From: Raja brachyura
Lineage: Eukaryota
Assembly (NCBI GenBank): GCA_963514005.1
Contig: OY740785.1
Location: 40,982,001-41,046,000 of the forward strand
DNA length: 64,000 nucleotides
Reading direction: 5' to 3'
Shown: positions 36,541 to 49,768 of the stretch, piece by piece
Layout: each line of letters opens with the position of its first letter
Position numbering within the stretch: the first letter of the stretch is position 1
The notes under the pieces: generated by a model
Database searches by the model: none
Told to the model about the DNA's origin: nothing
The model's input: the letters and a program-made list of their open reading frames with translations, nothing else
Position numbers and translations under genes: made by a program

Positions 36541-37600
36541 GGGTACACAAAATGCAGCAGCATCTATGGGGCAAAGGAGATAGGCAACGTTTTGGGCCGA
36601 AACTCTTCTTCAGACTGATGGGGGGTGGGGGGAGGCGGGGGGAAGAAAGGGAAAAGGAGCAGGAGGAGCCCGAGGGCTGAGGTAGAGGTAGGAAGGGGAG
36701 GAGACAACCAGGGTTAACAGAATTGAGAGAATTTGATGTTCATGCCAAGAGGATGCAGACTCCCCAAGCGGAATATGAGGTGCTGTTCCTCCAATTTGCG
36801 GTGTTGCTCACTCTGGCCGTGGAGGAGGCCCAAGACAGAGAGGTCGGATACGGAATGGGAGGGGGAGTTGAAGTGCTGAGCCACCGGGAGGTCGGGTTGG
36901 TTAATGCGGACCGAGCGGAGGTGTTCGACGAAACGATCGCCAAGCCTCCGCTTGGTCTCACCGATATAGATCAGCTGACATCTAGAGCAGCGGATGCAAG
37001 AGATGAGGTTGGAGGAGGTGCAGGTGAACCTCTGTCGGACCTGGAATGACTGCTTGGGTGCTTAAATGGAGTGGAGGGGGGAGGTAAAGCGACAAGTGTA
37101 GCGACAAGTGCCCGGGGAAGGGGTAGAGCGGGAGGGAAGGGAAGAATTGACAAGGGAGTTGCAGAGGGAATGGTCTTTGCGGAAGGCAGACAGGGGGGGA
37201 GATGGGAAGATGTGGCGAGTGGTGGGGTCACATTGGAGGTGGCAAAACTGGCGGAGGACTATGTGTTGTATGTGCCGGCTGGTGGGGTGAAAGGTGAGGA
37301 CCAGGGGGATTCTGCCATTGTTGCGAGTGGAGGGATGGGGAGAGAGGGCAGTGTTACAGGGTATGGAGGAGACCCTGGTGCGAGCCTCATCTATGGTGGG
37401 GGAGGGGAATCCCCGTTCCCTGAAGAATGAGGACATTTGTGATGCCCTGGTGTGGAACACCTCATCCTGGGAGCAGATGCGGCGTAGACGGAGGAATTGG
37501 GAATAGGGGATGGAGTCCTTACAGGAAGCAGGGTGGGAGGAAGAGTAGTCTAGATAGCCGTGGGAGTCAGTAGGTTTATAGTGGATGTCGGTCAGGAGTA
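36541..37600 (-). mobile_element. 5'-truncated Penelope-like retroelement (RT C-terminus, GIY-YIG, pLTR)
   Basis: FHTRASQMSSFFRERGFP...RIPLVLTFHP; 36720-37000 is the reverse complement of the GIY-YIG region at 21700-21979. Confidence 0.9.
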
Positions 37601-37716
37601 CTTTGAAGCAACCTAGCCTGTCATTCTTTTATCATTATAGTTCCCTGGGATTGACAATGAATGGTGGCCTTGCCAGCAAATCACACATACAAAGGTCAAT
37701 ATTGGGGAACCTTGGA

Positions 37717-37782
<66 letters not shown>
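37717..37782. repeat. (ATT)22 microsatellite
   Basis: Read directly. Confidence 0.97.
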
Positions 37783-37785
<3 letters not shown>

Positions 37786-38069
37786 CAAAATACAGACCTT
37801 AGCATTCAAAATTATCCAAACCATGATAGAATTATGCTATCATAGAAATTCATATCTTGCGCCGTTTAGCCCAATATCCAAAAAAAGATTTATTCTTATT
37901 AACTTTACTTCCTAGAACTCAGTCTGTAGTTTTGTAGCACATCCAGTTAATTTTTATATGTGATATCTTCCAGACGCTTAACATATTCTGAATTTTAAAA
38001 AGTTCCCAAGGAACTATAATGATAAAAGAATGACAGGCTAGGTTGCTTCAAAGGGCAGTTTAAAGTCAA

Positions 38070-38395
38070 TCACATCCCTACTTTTCCTGCGTATCCATAT
38101 GCCTATCCAAAAGTATTTTAAATGCCACTAATGTATCTGCTTCAATCATCGCTCCCATCGGGTGTTTTAGGCACTCACCATCTTCTATGTAAAAACTTGC
38201 CCTGCACATCTCCTTTAAAAACTTTGCCCTTCTCACCTTAATGCTGTACCCTCTAGTATTTGATTTTTCCATCCTGAGAAAAATGTTCTGTCTACCCTAT
38301 CTATCATAATTTTACATACTTCCATCATGTCACCCCGCAATCTCTGGCATTCCAGAGAAAACAAACCAAGTCTGTCCAGTCTCTCCCTGTAGTTC
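38070..38395 (-). mobile_element. Old CR1 3' fragment
   Basis: SNTRGYSIKVR...IEADTLVAFK.LLDRHMD. Confidence 0.75.
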
Positions 38396-39414
38396 ATTGA
38401 TGCCAGTATCTGCAGTTTGTTGTATCTCTACTTTAAATCTATGTCTCCTAGTTGTTGGTCTTTTGGCTAAGAGAACTAAGTCCTCCCTCCTGAGGTGATG
38501 TTCTCCAGAATTATGTGTTGAGGTCTTAGCTTTTCATCATTCGTATCAATGACTCAGTTGCAACAGCCAGAATGCAGATGACAATGTTAAGAGGCATTGC
38601 AAGCAGTATTGATGGAAGCAGGAAATTGCAAAGGGATGGAACAAGACTCAGTGAATTCGAAAAATTGTGACAGATGTGCGATGGACAATACATGATAATA
38701 TGTTGATGCTTGATCTTGTCAATGTTCGATCCTAGAAATCTGTATATGAGGAACCATGGAAATCCAACATTATATTAAAGATAAATAATAGTTACAAAGG
38801 CTAATGGATAGAATATATAAATTATTTTTCACAAAACAGTTAAAATATGAAGTCAGATTTTATAAGCTTAGCTTGCATTTCTTTTGGGGGTGGAGGGATT
38901 ATCTAATTGAGATGTTGACGTGATAAAGAGATATGATAGGATCATTACATTGGAGTTATTTCCTCTGCTAGGGGAATCCAGAGGACGAGGTTTAATTGTC
39001 CAGATTTTGTGGTAAGAATAACAGTAAAACTATCAGCATTCATCAATCATTACTTTATGGAGCTGTCAACTACTTTGAAATTTCTTCTGTGAATCCCCAA
39101 GTTGCTGTCAGTGATTCAGTGCTCTTCACTGGCTCGATGTTTGCAACATTTTGGCAATGGAAACTCAGGAGTTCACTTCAACTGTCATGAATTTATGCTA
39201 TTTGTAAACTAGTCCCACTGTAAAATACCCAGAAACTCTTACTGTTTGTCACGAGGTCCGACAGTTTTTAATGACACACTAATTTATAATTATTGATACA
39301 ATACATCTGGTGTAACAAAAACTATTTTGTATATTTGCATTATATGTATTTCGAAATGTATGATATTTTTCAGGTTATATTTCAAAATTATTTCTCATGA
39401 AGTAAAGAGCAAGG

Positions 39415-41547
39415 GCATTATGGTGTCACAGCAGTAGAGCTGCTGCTGTACAGTGCCAGAGACCCGAATTCAATCCTTACTACGGGTGCTTTCTGTACGG
39501 AGTTTGTACACATATGTGAAGAGAAAGAAGATATGTGAAGAGAAAGAGATTAGTTAAAACAAATGTAGGTCCTTTGCAGTCAGAAACAGGTGAGTTGATC
39601 ATGGGGAACAAGGATATGGCGGACCAATTGAATAACTACTTTGGTTCCGTCTTCACTAAGGAAGACATAAATAATCTGCCGGAAATAGCAGGGGACCGTA
39701 GGACAAAGGAGGACTTGAGTGAAATCCAGGTTAGTCGGGAAGTGGTGTTGGGTAAATTGAATGGATTAAAGGCCGATAAATCCCCAGGGCCAGATAGGCT
39801 GCATCCCAGAGTACTTAAGGAAGTAGCTTCGGAAATAGTGGATGCATTAGTGATAATCTTTCAAAACTCTTTAGATTCTGGAGTAGTTCCTGAGGATTGG
39901 CGGGTAGCAAACGTAACCCCTCTTTTTAAGAAGGGGGGGAGAGAGAAAACGGGGAATTACAGACCAGTTAGTCTAACATCGGTAGTGGGGAAACTGCTAG
40001 AGTCAGTTATTAAAGATGGGATAGCAGCACATTTGGAAAGTGGTGAAATCATTGGACAAAGTCAGCATGGATTTGCGAAAGGTAAATCATGTCTGACAAA
40101 TCTTGTGGAATTTTTCGAGGATGTAACTAGTAGCGTGGATAGGGGAGAACCAGTGGATGTGGTGTATCTGGACTTCCAGAAGGCTTTTGACAAGGTCCCA
40201 CATAAGAGATTAGTATATAAACTTAAAGCATACAGCATTGGGGGTTCAGTATTGATGTGGATAGAGAACTGGCTGGCAAACAGGAAGCAAAGAGTAGGAG
40301 TAAACGGGTCATTTTCACAATGGCAGGCAGTGACTAGTGGGGTACCGCAAGGCTCAGTGCTGGGACCCCAGCTATTTACAATATACATTAATGATCTGGA
40401 TGAGGGAATTCAAGGCAATATCTCCAAGTTTGCGGATGACACTAAGCTGGGGGGCAGTGTTAGCTGTGAGGAGGATGCCAGGAGACTGCAAGGTGACTTG
40501 GATAGGCTGGGTGAGTGGGCAAATGTTTGGCAGATGCAGTATAATGTGGATAAATGTGAGGTTATCCACTTTGGTGGCAAAAATAGGAAAGCAGACTATT
40601 ATCTAATGGAGGCCGATTAGGAAAAGGGGAGATGCAGCGTGACCTGGGTGTCCTGGTACACCAGTCATTGAAAGTAGGCATGCAGGTGCAGCAGGCAGTG
40701 AAGAAAGCAAATGGTATGTTAGCTTTCATAGCAAAAGGATTTGAGTATAGGAGCAGGGAGGTTCTACTTCAGTTGTATAGGGTCTTGGTGAGACCACACC
40801 TGGAGTATTGCGTGCAGTTCTGGTCTCCAAATCTGAGGAAGGACATTATTGCCATAGTGGGAGTGCAGAGAAGGGTCACCAGACTGATTCCTGGGATGTC
40901 AGGACTGTCTTATGAACAAAGACTGCATAGACTCGGTTTATACTCTCTAGAATTTAGGAGATTGAGAGGGGATCTTATAAAAACTTACAAAATTCTTAAG
41001 GGGTTGGACAGGCTAGATGCAGGAAGATTGTTCCCGATGTTGGGGAGGTCCAGGACAAGGGGTCACAGCTTAAGGATAAGGGGGAAATCCTTTAGGACCG
41101 AGATAAGAAGGACTTTTTTCACACAGAGAGTGGTGGGTCTCAGGAACTCTCTGCCACAGAGGGTAGTTGAGGCCAGTTCATTGGCTATATTTAAGAGGGA
41201 GTTAGATGTGGCCCTTGTGGCTAAGGGGATCAGAGGGTATGGAGAGAAGGCAGGTACAGGATACTGAGTTGGATGATCAGCCATGATCATATTGAATGGC
41301 GGTGCAGGCTCGAAGGGCCGAACGGCCTACTCCTGCACCTAATTTCTATGTTTCTATGTTTCTATTCTCCCTGTCGATGCATGGTTTTTGCGCAGTTGCT
41401 CCGGTTTCCTCCCACACTCCAAAGATTTACAGGTTTGTAGATTAATTGGCTTCGGTAAAGATTGCAAATTGTCCCCAGTGTGTAGGATAGTGTTGAATGT
41501 GCGGAGATAGCTGGTCAACGCTGTATCTCTAAACTAAACTAAACTAT
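39415..41547 (+). mobile_element. HE1-like SINE split by a young CR1
   Basis: Head ends ggagtttgtaca at 39510; sequence resumes ttctccctg at 41365; (taaac)n tail. Confidence 0.8.
39512..41364 (+). mobile_element. Young 5'-truncated CR1 (HER1-like) LINE with a complete RT domain
   Basis: NYRPVSL, QHGF, YLDFQKAFDKV, GVPQGSVLGP, KFADD; single frameshift near 40610; 17-bp duplication at the 5' junction; (tttctatg)n tail. Confidence 0.96.
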
Positions 41548-42414
41548 AATCGAAATGAAATCTCAAAAACTTGTATTTTTCCTGAATCATTCTTTGTTTA
41601 ATACTCCAAATAATGTTTAAATAGTGAATAATGGTTTTCTTTTCTGGTGTGCTATCTGTGGGGTTTATTAAATGCCATTTGCTGTTTGGCTATTGATGAC
41701 ATCACAGGTGCGACACACAAGGGCTCCCGTTGTCAGCAACAGGGGCTGGAAATGGGAATTCTTGTCACAGATTTCAATTCTTTGAAGGGTTGCTTTTTAG
41801 TCATCTGTGAGCACCATTGTTTGTGGTTAACTGCAGAAATTCCAGACAAATGGTAAAACTAGAACTAGGTCATTTAAGAGTGAACATTCACAGTTCTTCA
41901 CACAAATCCTAGTGGAAATTAAGAACTCACTCAAAAGACTGTGCTTGAAGGATCAATTGCCATTTTTAAGACACTTTTATTGAGCAATAATATGAAAGGT
42001 TAGAAGAAACACAAGTAAATGTACATGCTCTAACTGAATTGAGGAACCACTCGAGGGACTGGTTTCCTATTTTCCTCAGATTTAATGTAATTTTAAAAAA
42101 AACAATAAAGCAGAAGAAAAGGTTTCCTGCATCATATAATGCAGAGATTATCTACTTTGCTTTCCTGCTCAAAGAAGTAAAATATCTAACAAATTTCTTC
42201 ATGGAAATAATTTCAGGAACTGTAGGGAAGTCTTTTTCACTCTAAACACTACCATAAATTAGTGACTTGTAGGAAAAGCTGAAAATCATTTGTACAATTA
42301 AAAAATGATAAAATACAAATAAAATATTAAAAAAAGAATAAAACGTTCAACCTTCAACATATAGATTAATTGAAAATATTAACGTTAATTAAAATATATT
42401 ACAAATACTTAGTG

Positions 42415-43015
42415 AAGACACAAAGTACTGATGTTTCTCAACGGGTCAGGCAGCGTCTCTGGAGAAGGTGGATAGATGTTTACTGATCGGGACCCTTCTT
42501 CAGACAATGCAGTAAGAGGGAGAATGCTGAAAGAGAGGTGGTGAGCAGGACAAAGCCTGGCAAGTCATAGATGGCCAATGGATAGAAATGATCGTTATGT
42601 CCATTGGCAGATGGTTCGACAAAGCCCAGAGATGAAAGACAAAGGGTAGTGAGAGAAGGGGTGTGAAATGTGAAGTTAGAAGACTGAAAATAAATGGAAG
42701 GTGACAGGGAGGAAGGGGACTGGGAAAATGGGTTTGCATTCAGGTATGGCATATAGAGGGAGGGAAAAGGGCATATTTGTAGATGAGTTATCTAAAATTG
42801 GAAAATCCAATGTTCATACTGTTGGGCTGTAAACTAAAGCCATTCCTTCAGTTTGTGTATAGCCTAACTGGTCATGTAAGAGATACAGGACAGTAATGTC
42901 AGTATGGGAATGGGAAAGGGAGTGGTATGCACCAGATCTAGCAGTCATTCATGGACTCCAGCACTCAGCATCTTTGTTTGTAAACTGCAGGGGATCTGCA
43001 GTTCCTTAGGTCTAC
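42415..43015 (-). mobile_element. Old PLE-derived element
   Basis: acccttcttcagac motif, purine-rich tract, decayed GIY-YIG C-terminus. Confidence 0.65.
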
Positions 43016-45520
43016 ATTTCACTTAGTAAAGGTTGCTGATCCCACTAAAAATTAATAAGGTCAGTCTAGGTAGCAGGCCTAAAGCTCAGAGGCCAAATAC
43101 AAAATGCATCTCAAACATCTAATAAGTGCATAATACAAACACTTCTGGAGTAATGGCATTATCCAACATCAGAGGAGGCGATTAAATTTGCCACTATCTG
43201 ATCTCCAGAGCATTTAAGTATTTTGTGGAACCAACAACATATGTTACCATGGTTTAGTCTGTTAAATTTGCAAAACAAAATGGCATTTTATGAACCACAA
43301 CATATTTTTTGTATATTCTTTCCTCCAAAGTTCAATATAAATGATAGGTAATGATTTATTTAAAAAAAAAATACCATTGCAAGTTTACTAAGAATTGTAA
43401 TAAACCAGTTGGCAGAAAAGTTTGTTGTGAGCTTAGAAATGTCCTTTTCAATAATCAGTGAAGCTGTCAGGAGTGCCTGAACAGTGGACACACAGATGAG
43501 ACTAACCCCTATAAGCTCTTTCTTTCTGCCAAAAGGGATTTAATAAATATGTGATGAGATTAGTCATGAAAGGCCACCCCAGCTTTTGCTCAAAAGATAA
43601 TTAACCAGGTGACAATACATGATGTACCGACAGCAATGGCATTAATATCATTTTCTGACTTAATGACAATTTTAAGCAGCTTATCAGATTTTCATTTTGA
43701 AATCCATTCTAGCACCAGGCTTACATCCTGCCTTTTTTTATTGAGGTCCACATGGGAATCTGAACTCTCTAATTTCCTACACACTCTCAGATACAGCCTG
43801 TTTTAAATCAATTAAGGCTGCCGGTGGCCTTGTCCTGTGTGCTAAGGAGATTAGTGGTCTACTTGCTCAGCTGAAGCCAGTTTGATTGCACTTCTAATTC
43901 TCCATGGAGAATTAAGTTTTTGCAACTGTGTATTGGAGTTGGGATAGATTTAACATCACAGATGACAGATAATGATGGTAATTTTCTTTGGGTTTATCCA
44001 TGACATATTAATAAGAAGTGGATTGCTTTCACAATAACTGATACATGGCCATTACAATCAAAATCTTTACCTCGTCTTTCTTTATATACTGATAGCGCTG
44101 ATTTACACTTTATATCCTGTTGCATAAGTAATGAGAAGTCATTTAGTCGCATCTGGTAATTGGCATGAACTCATTATTTATTGGAGACTAGGTCATTTAA
44201 AAAATATATCTTTATACTCCATGATAGAAATTGTGTATACCGGGTACTGAATTAAATTTGTTGAATAGATGTCCGACATATCTTGTTTTCTTTTGGAATT
44301 ATGGAGTGGTTGACATTTCAGGAGTTTGTTCAATTGCTGCTTGATGACAAAATGAACATTGAAATGATCAATCAATGATGGTCTGAAAAATCTGCAAAGT
44401 CCAACCAGTGCAGATTTAGCCAACTGCTTTGTGTAGGAAGGAACTGCAGATGCTCGTTTAAGCCAAAGATAGATGGAGTAACTCAGCGGGACAGGCAGCA
44501 TCACTGGAGAGAAGGAATGCGTGACGTTTCAGGTCGAGGCCCTTCTTCAGACTCTTCACACAACTGCTTTATTATTTTATTGTGGCCTCACACCAACAGT
44601 AAAATGATAAAGGCTTTTATTATCCATCAGTGCTTTGTAACATTGCCAAAAGCTTTGTAAACTACCTTGATGGAAATACATTTTATTCATTACGTTAATC
44701 CAGGAAATGGTACATAGAAAATACTATCATTAATATGAAGAAATGACACAAAAAAAAAAATCCAGTCACATAATTTAGAAATGTGCTGTTGAGACATGAT
44801 GAAATATATTACTGGGCCAACGTTTAACAGACTATTTTCTTGATCCCAAGTATTAACATCCATTTTGATGATTTGTACACACTCACACATTTTCCAATAT
44901 ACTCAAAAGAACCATCACCCAGAATTTATGTTTAACAATGTATACCCATTATTTTATATATAATATCTGTTGGATGTCTTTTCCTTATTAGTAATTCTAT
45001 GCATCACTAGAAATCACTGCTCAGTTCAAACCACAGTGTCACACTTCCTTTGGTGTGAGAAGAGTGGTGATGGTACTGATTTTGTTTTGATAATAGTGTT
45101 TGAGGATTTTGAACTGTGCAGCCCTCATTCATCTAATTCTTCAAAAATGACGCTGTTTAAAAATCCTCTTTTCACACACTGTTGGAGACTGTGTCAATAT
45201 AGAAATAACCTTAAGTTAGAACAGATGAATACATAAAACAGAAGCTGGAGGAGGCCATTTAATCCCCCATTCCTCCTCTTGCATTCAATAAGATCATGGT
45301 TGATTTTCCACTTCAGTGTCCCTTTCCTGCACAGTTTTTTGATGCGATTACCTCTCATTCTTCTAAATTCTAGAGAGTGTAAATCCAATCCGATTAATGT
45401 CTCCTCATAAGATATTCCACTCATCCCAGGAGTCAGCCCTCTGTAAAACGCAAACTACTGGAGTAACTCAGCAGGTCAGCCAGCCTCTGTGTAGCAAATG
45501 GATAGGCGGCGTTTTGGGTC

Positions 45521-45624
45521 AGGACTGATGAGGGGCCTTGACCATTCTGAAGGTCCCTCAGAATGGTCAGGACCTTGACCATTCTGAGGGACTTTCAGAA
45601 TGGTCAAGGCCCCTCATCAGTCCT
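45521..45624. repeat. 104-bp near-perfect palindrome with nested hairpins
   Basis: 49-bp arms (one mismatch) around ggacct; each arm contains tgaccattctga-7nt-tcagaatggtca. Confidence 0.92.
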
Positions 45625-46600
45625 CACTCGAGATGGAATCCGTGGGCAATATTCAAGGTGTAGTCCCACAAGGGCCCAACCTTCATTGCAAAATCTTTCC
45701 ATAATCTCCTGAACCATTGTTTTATCAGAAGATAAAGCACTGACCTTTATTTTTAATTGACAATTTGACAAAACTGGAGTATTGAGAAGAGAAAATGTTC
45801 CCCCACTTTCTGATCTTGAAGTTTATTCAATGCAAAAATTACCACGTCAGGAAATAGAAGATATCTCATGAAGACTGGCAATTTCTTTTGCTCCATTATA
45901 AAAAAAATCTTCCTAACACAGGCTCCAATTAAAAAATATCACCAGAACTAAGAATCATTCATTTAGCGTATATATTTGTTGGATGTATGGCTATGCATTG
46001 AAGATAGTCTGCATTTAGTGCAGAACCCATGCATGTTCTAATTTAGCCAGTCTTCATTTCAGCTTTCTTGATTTTCTTGGAAGTAAGGATGCCAGTGCTG
46101 TGGGAAGGAACAAAGGAGGACCCAGCTTGGGGGGGGGGGGTGGGGGGTGCCTACTTGAGGGAGGGGGAAAAACAGTGTACAATGGAGGACTGGTGCTGGG
46201 GGATTACAATGAGGGAGGGGGGCAGAACAAGGGGGGACTGGCATGGGGGTGAATTTGTAACTTTTTAAGTGCCCTTTATGGGCGCCTATTTGCATATCGT
46301 GGCATGGTATGCAAGCAAAGAATTTCACTTTGACTTGTCACATGTGACAATAAAGTAGTCAATTCAATTCAATTTAAGATAAACACTATATTGCAAAAGG
46401 GAAACAAAGCACTCTTCATAAGCCCATAAATCAGAGTAGCAGAATTAGGACATTCAGCACTTGGTGGTCATATAAGATGATAGTCACCACCCATTGTTAC
46501 TAGATTCACATACCCTTCGCACATGTGATAAACATAGATTGAAAATTAAAGGCATTTCAAGTAAACCTGGGGAACAAACAACATTAGGTTTGTTCCCCAG

Positions 46601-46748
46601 GTTTGAGCAAGACTTTTCACTCTTCTCTGTTCACCCTCTATTTACACGTCTGGCGCAATGATGAGCCTCCACTAACAATTCATCAGCACCCTCTCCTCGT
46701 CAATCCTTATCATCTACCTTCTTTTGGACTGCTCTATAACATACATGT
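46601..46748. repeat. 148-bp inverted duplicate of 51364-51511
   Basis: Reverse-complement match with 2 mismatches seen; ORFs 46603+ and 51297- share the peptide SKTFHSSLFTLYLHVW...LLYNI. Confidence 0.95.
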
Positions 46749-48613
46749 GGGGTCAACAGATTGGAAGTACAAGTATGGAGTTAAAGGGAAAGAGAGTACA
46801 GGAAAAGTTACGAAAGACACCCAAATTAATGGGAAGGAAAGTTCAAGAAGGGTTAAGAGAGTCAGGTCAGGAGAAATAGGAATCGGTGTGAAAGGTGAGG
46901 TGAATGCCGAACTAAAAGTGTTATATATGAATGTGTGAAGTATAAGAAATAAAGTGGATGAGCTTGAAGCTCAGTTAGAGATTGGTAGGCACGATGTTGT
47001 GGGAATTACAGCGATATGGCTGCAAGAGGATCAGAGATGGGGCCTGAATATTCAGCGTTATACGTCCTATCGGAAAGACAGACAGCTGGGCAGAGGGGAT
47101 GGGGTGGCTTTGTTGGTAAGGAATGAAATTCTGTCCTTTGCAAAGGATGACATAGAATCAGAACATGTAGAGTCATTGTGGATAGAACTGAAAAATTGTA
47201 AGGGTAAAAATACCCTAATGGGAGTTGTCTACAGGCCCCCAAACAGTAGCCTGGAGATAGGGTGCAAGTTGAATCAGGAGTTCAAATTAGCATGTAACAA
47301 AGGTAATGCTATAGTGGTTACGGGACATTTCAACATGCAGGTAGACTGGGAAAATCAGGTTGCACTGAACCCCAAGAAAGGGAGTTTGTAGAGTGCCTCC
47401 CAGATGGATTCTTAGAGCAGCTTGTACTGTAGCCTACCAGGGAGAAGGCAATTCTGGATTGAGTGATGTGTAATAAACTGGATCTGATAAGGGAACTCAA
47501 GATGAAGGAGCAATTAGGAGGTAGTGACCATAGTATGATAAGTTTTAATCTTCAATTTGAGAGCGAGAAGGTAAAATCAGAAGTGTCAGTATTGCATCAG
47601 AACAAAGGGCACTATGGAGGCATGAGGGAGGACCTGACCAAAGTTGACTGGAAAGGGACCCTAGCACAGATGACGGTGGAACAGCAATGGCAGGAATTTC
47701 TGGGAATAATCCAGAAGATGCAGGATCATTTCATTCCAAAGAGGAAGAAAGATTCTAAGGGGAGTAAGAGGCGACCGTGGCTGACAAGAGAAGTCAAGGG
47801 TAGTACAAAACTAAAAGAGAAGATGTATAACATAGCAAAGATGAGTAGGAAGTCAGAGGATTGGGAAACCTTTAATGGACAACAGAAAGGCAATACGAGG
47901 AGAAAAGATGAAGTACGAAGGTAAACTAGTCAAAAATATAAAGGAGGATAGTAAAAGCTTCTTTAGGTATGTGAAGGGGAAAAAAATAGTTAAGACAAAT
48001 GTGGGCCCCTCGAAGACAGAAACAGGTGAATTTCTAGTAGAGAACAAGGAAATGGTTGAACAGGTACTTTGGTTCTGTCTTCACTAAGGAAGACACAAAT
48101 AATCTCCCAGATATACTAGGGAGCAAAGGATCTAGGGTGACGGAGGATTTGAAGGAAATTCACATTAGTCAGGAAATGGTGTTGGGTAGACTGATGGGTC
48201 TGAATCCCAGGGCCTGATCGTCTGCATCCCAGGGTACTCAAGGAGGTGGCTCTAGAAATCATGGATGCATTGCTAATCATTAGTGGGCAAAATTAGAGCA
48301 CATTGGTATTGGGGGTAGAGTATTAACATGGATAGAAAATTGGTTGGCAGACAGGAAACAGAGTAGGAATTAACGGGTGCCTTTCAGAATGGCAGGAAGT
48401 GACTAGTGGGGTGCCGCAAGGCTCGGTGCTCGGACCGCAGCTACAATATATATTAATGATTTAGATGATGGACATTAGCAAATTTGCAGATGACAAAAAG
48501 CTGGGTGACAGGGTGAACTGTGAAGAAGATGCTATGAGGATGCAGGGTGACTTGGATAGGTTGGGTGAGTGGTCAGATGCATGGCAGATGTAGTATAATG
48601 TGGATAAAGGTGA
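46749..48613 (+). mobile_element. Degenerate CR1 ORF2 (APE endonuclease and partial RT, with an internal deletion near 48281)
   Basis: LKVLYMN, VYRPPNS, GHFN, GGSDH, and GVPQGSVLGP- and KFADD-coding segments; stops and frameshifts. Confidence 0.92.
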
Positions 48614-48628
48614 GATTTGTTGGCCCTT

Positions 48629-49035
48629 AATGACAATGCCATGAGTTGTTTGGTCTGCTGCCCTGCCTGTGCTTGAAAGTGCGATGCTTAATTGGAAATG
48701 AAATGAAATGAAATGACAATGCCATGAGCTGTTTGGCCTGCTGCCCTGCCTGTGCTTGAAACAACAATTCTTTATTAGGTCCGACTATGTTTGGAAGGAA
48801 TAAATGGTTTATAGATCCGACTATGTTTGGAAGGAATAAATGTTTTATTAGGTCCAACTGTGTTTGGAAGGAATACATGCTTTATTAGGTCCGACTATGT
48901 TTAGTCCAAAAGTCCTGCTCATTTCGTGACTTCCGCTTAATGGACAGGTTGTGCTGATTGCGTAATTTCCGGTGAGTGCAGATGTCGCGCTGATTACGTA
49001 ATTTCCGGTAAGTGCAGAGGTCACGCTGATTGCAG
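48629..49035 (+). repeat. Stacked short tandem repeats (50-bp x2, ~37-bp x4, 36-bp x2-3)
   Basis: aatgacaatgccatgag...gcttgaaa x2; tattaggtccgactatgtttggaaggaataaatg x4; cgctgattacgtaatttccggtaagtgcaga repeats. Confidence 0.85.
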
Positions 49036-49118
49036 AAGTGCCGCTGACTGTGGAAGCCCCATAGTGGAGAGGCCACACTCAGCTGTATGAGTAGATTCAA
49101 GAAGGTTTACTGTCATAT

Positions 49119-49768
49119 NNNNNNNNNNNNNNNNNNNNNNNNNNNNNNNNNNNNNNNNNNNNNNNNNNNNNNNNNNNNNNNNNNNNNNNNNNNNNNNNNN
49201 NNNNNNNNNNNNNNNNNNNNNNNNNNNNNNNNNNNNNNNNNNNNNNNNNNNNNNNNNNNNNNNNNNNNNNNNNNNNNNNNNNNNNNNNNNNNNNNNNNNN
49301 NNNNNNNNNNNNNNNNNNNNNNNNNNNNNNNNNNNNNNNNNNNNNNNNNNNNNNNNNNNNNNNNNNNNNNNNNNNNNNNNNNNNNNNNNNNNNNNNNNNN
49401 NNNNNNNNNNNNNNNNNNNNNNNNNNNNNNNNNNNNNNNNNNNNNNNNNNNNNNNNNNNNNNNNNNNNNNNNNNNNNNNNNNNNNNNNNNNNNNNNNNNN
49501 NNNNNNNNNNNNNNNNNNNNNNNNNNNNNNNNNNNNNNNNNNNNNNNNNNNNNNNNNNNNNNNNNNNNNNNNNNNNNNNNNNNNNNNNNNNNNNNNNNNN
49601 NNNNNNNNNNNNNNNNNNNNNNNNNNNNNNNNNNNNNNNNNNNNNNNNNNNNNNNNNNNNNNNNNNNNNNNNNNNNNNNNNNNNNNNNNNNNNNNNNNNN
49701 NNNNNNNNNNNNNNNNNNNNNNNNNNNNNNNNNNNNNNNNNNNNNNNNNNNNNNNNNNNNNNNNNNNN
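49119..49768. other. Assembly gap
   Basis: Run of N. Confidence 1.

Noticed and set aside
37585-37915. Poly-Ile and poly-Leu ORFs
   Set aside because: Translation of the (ATT)n microsatellite.
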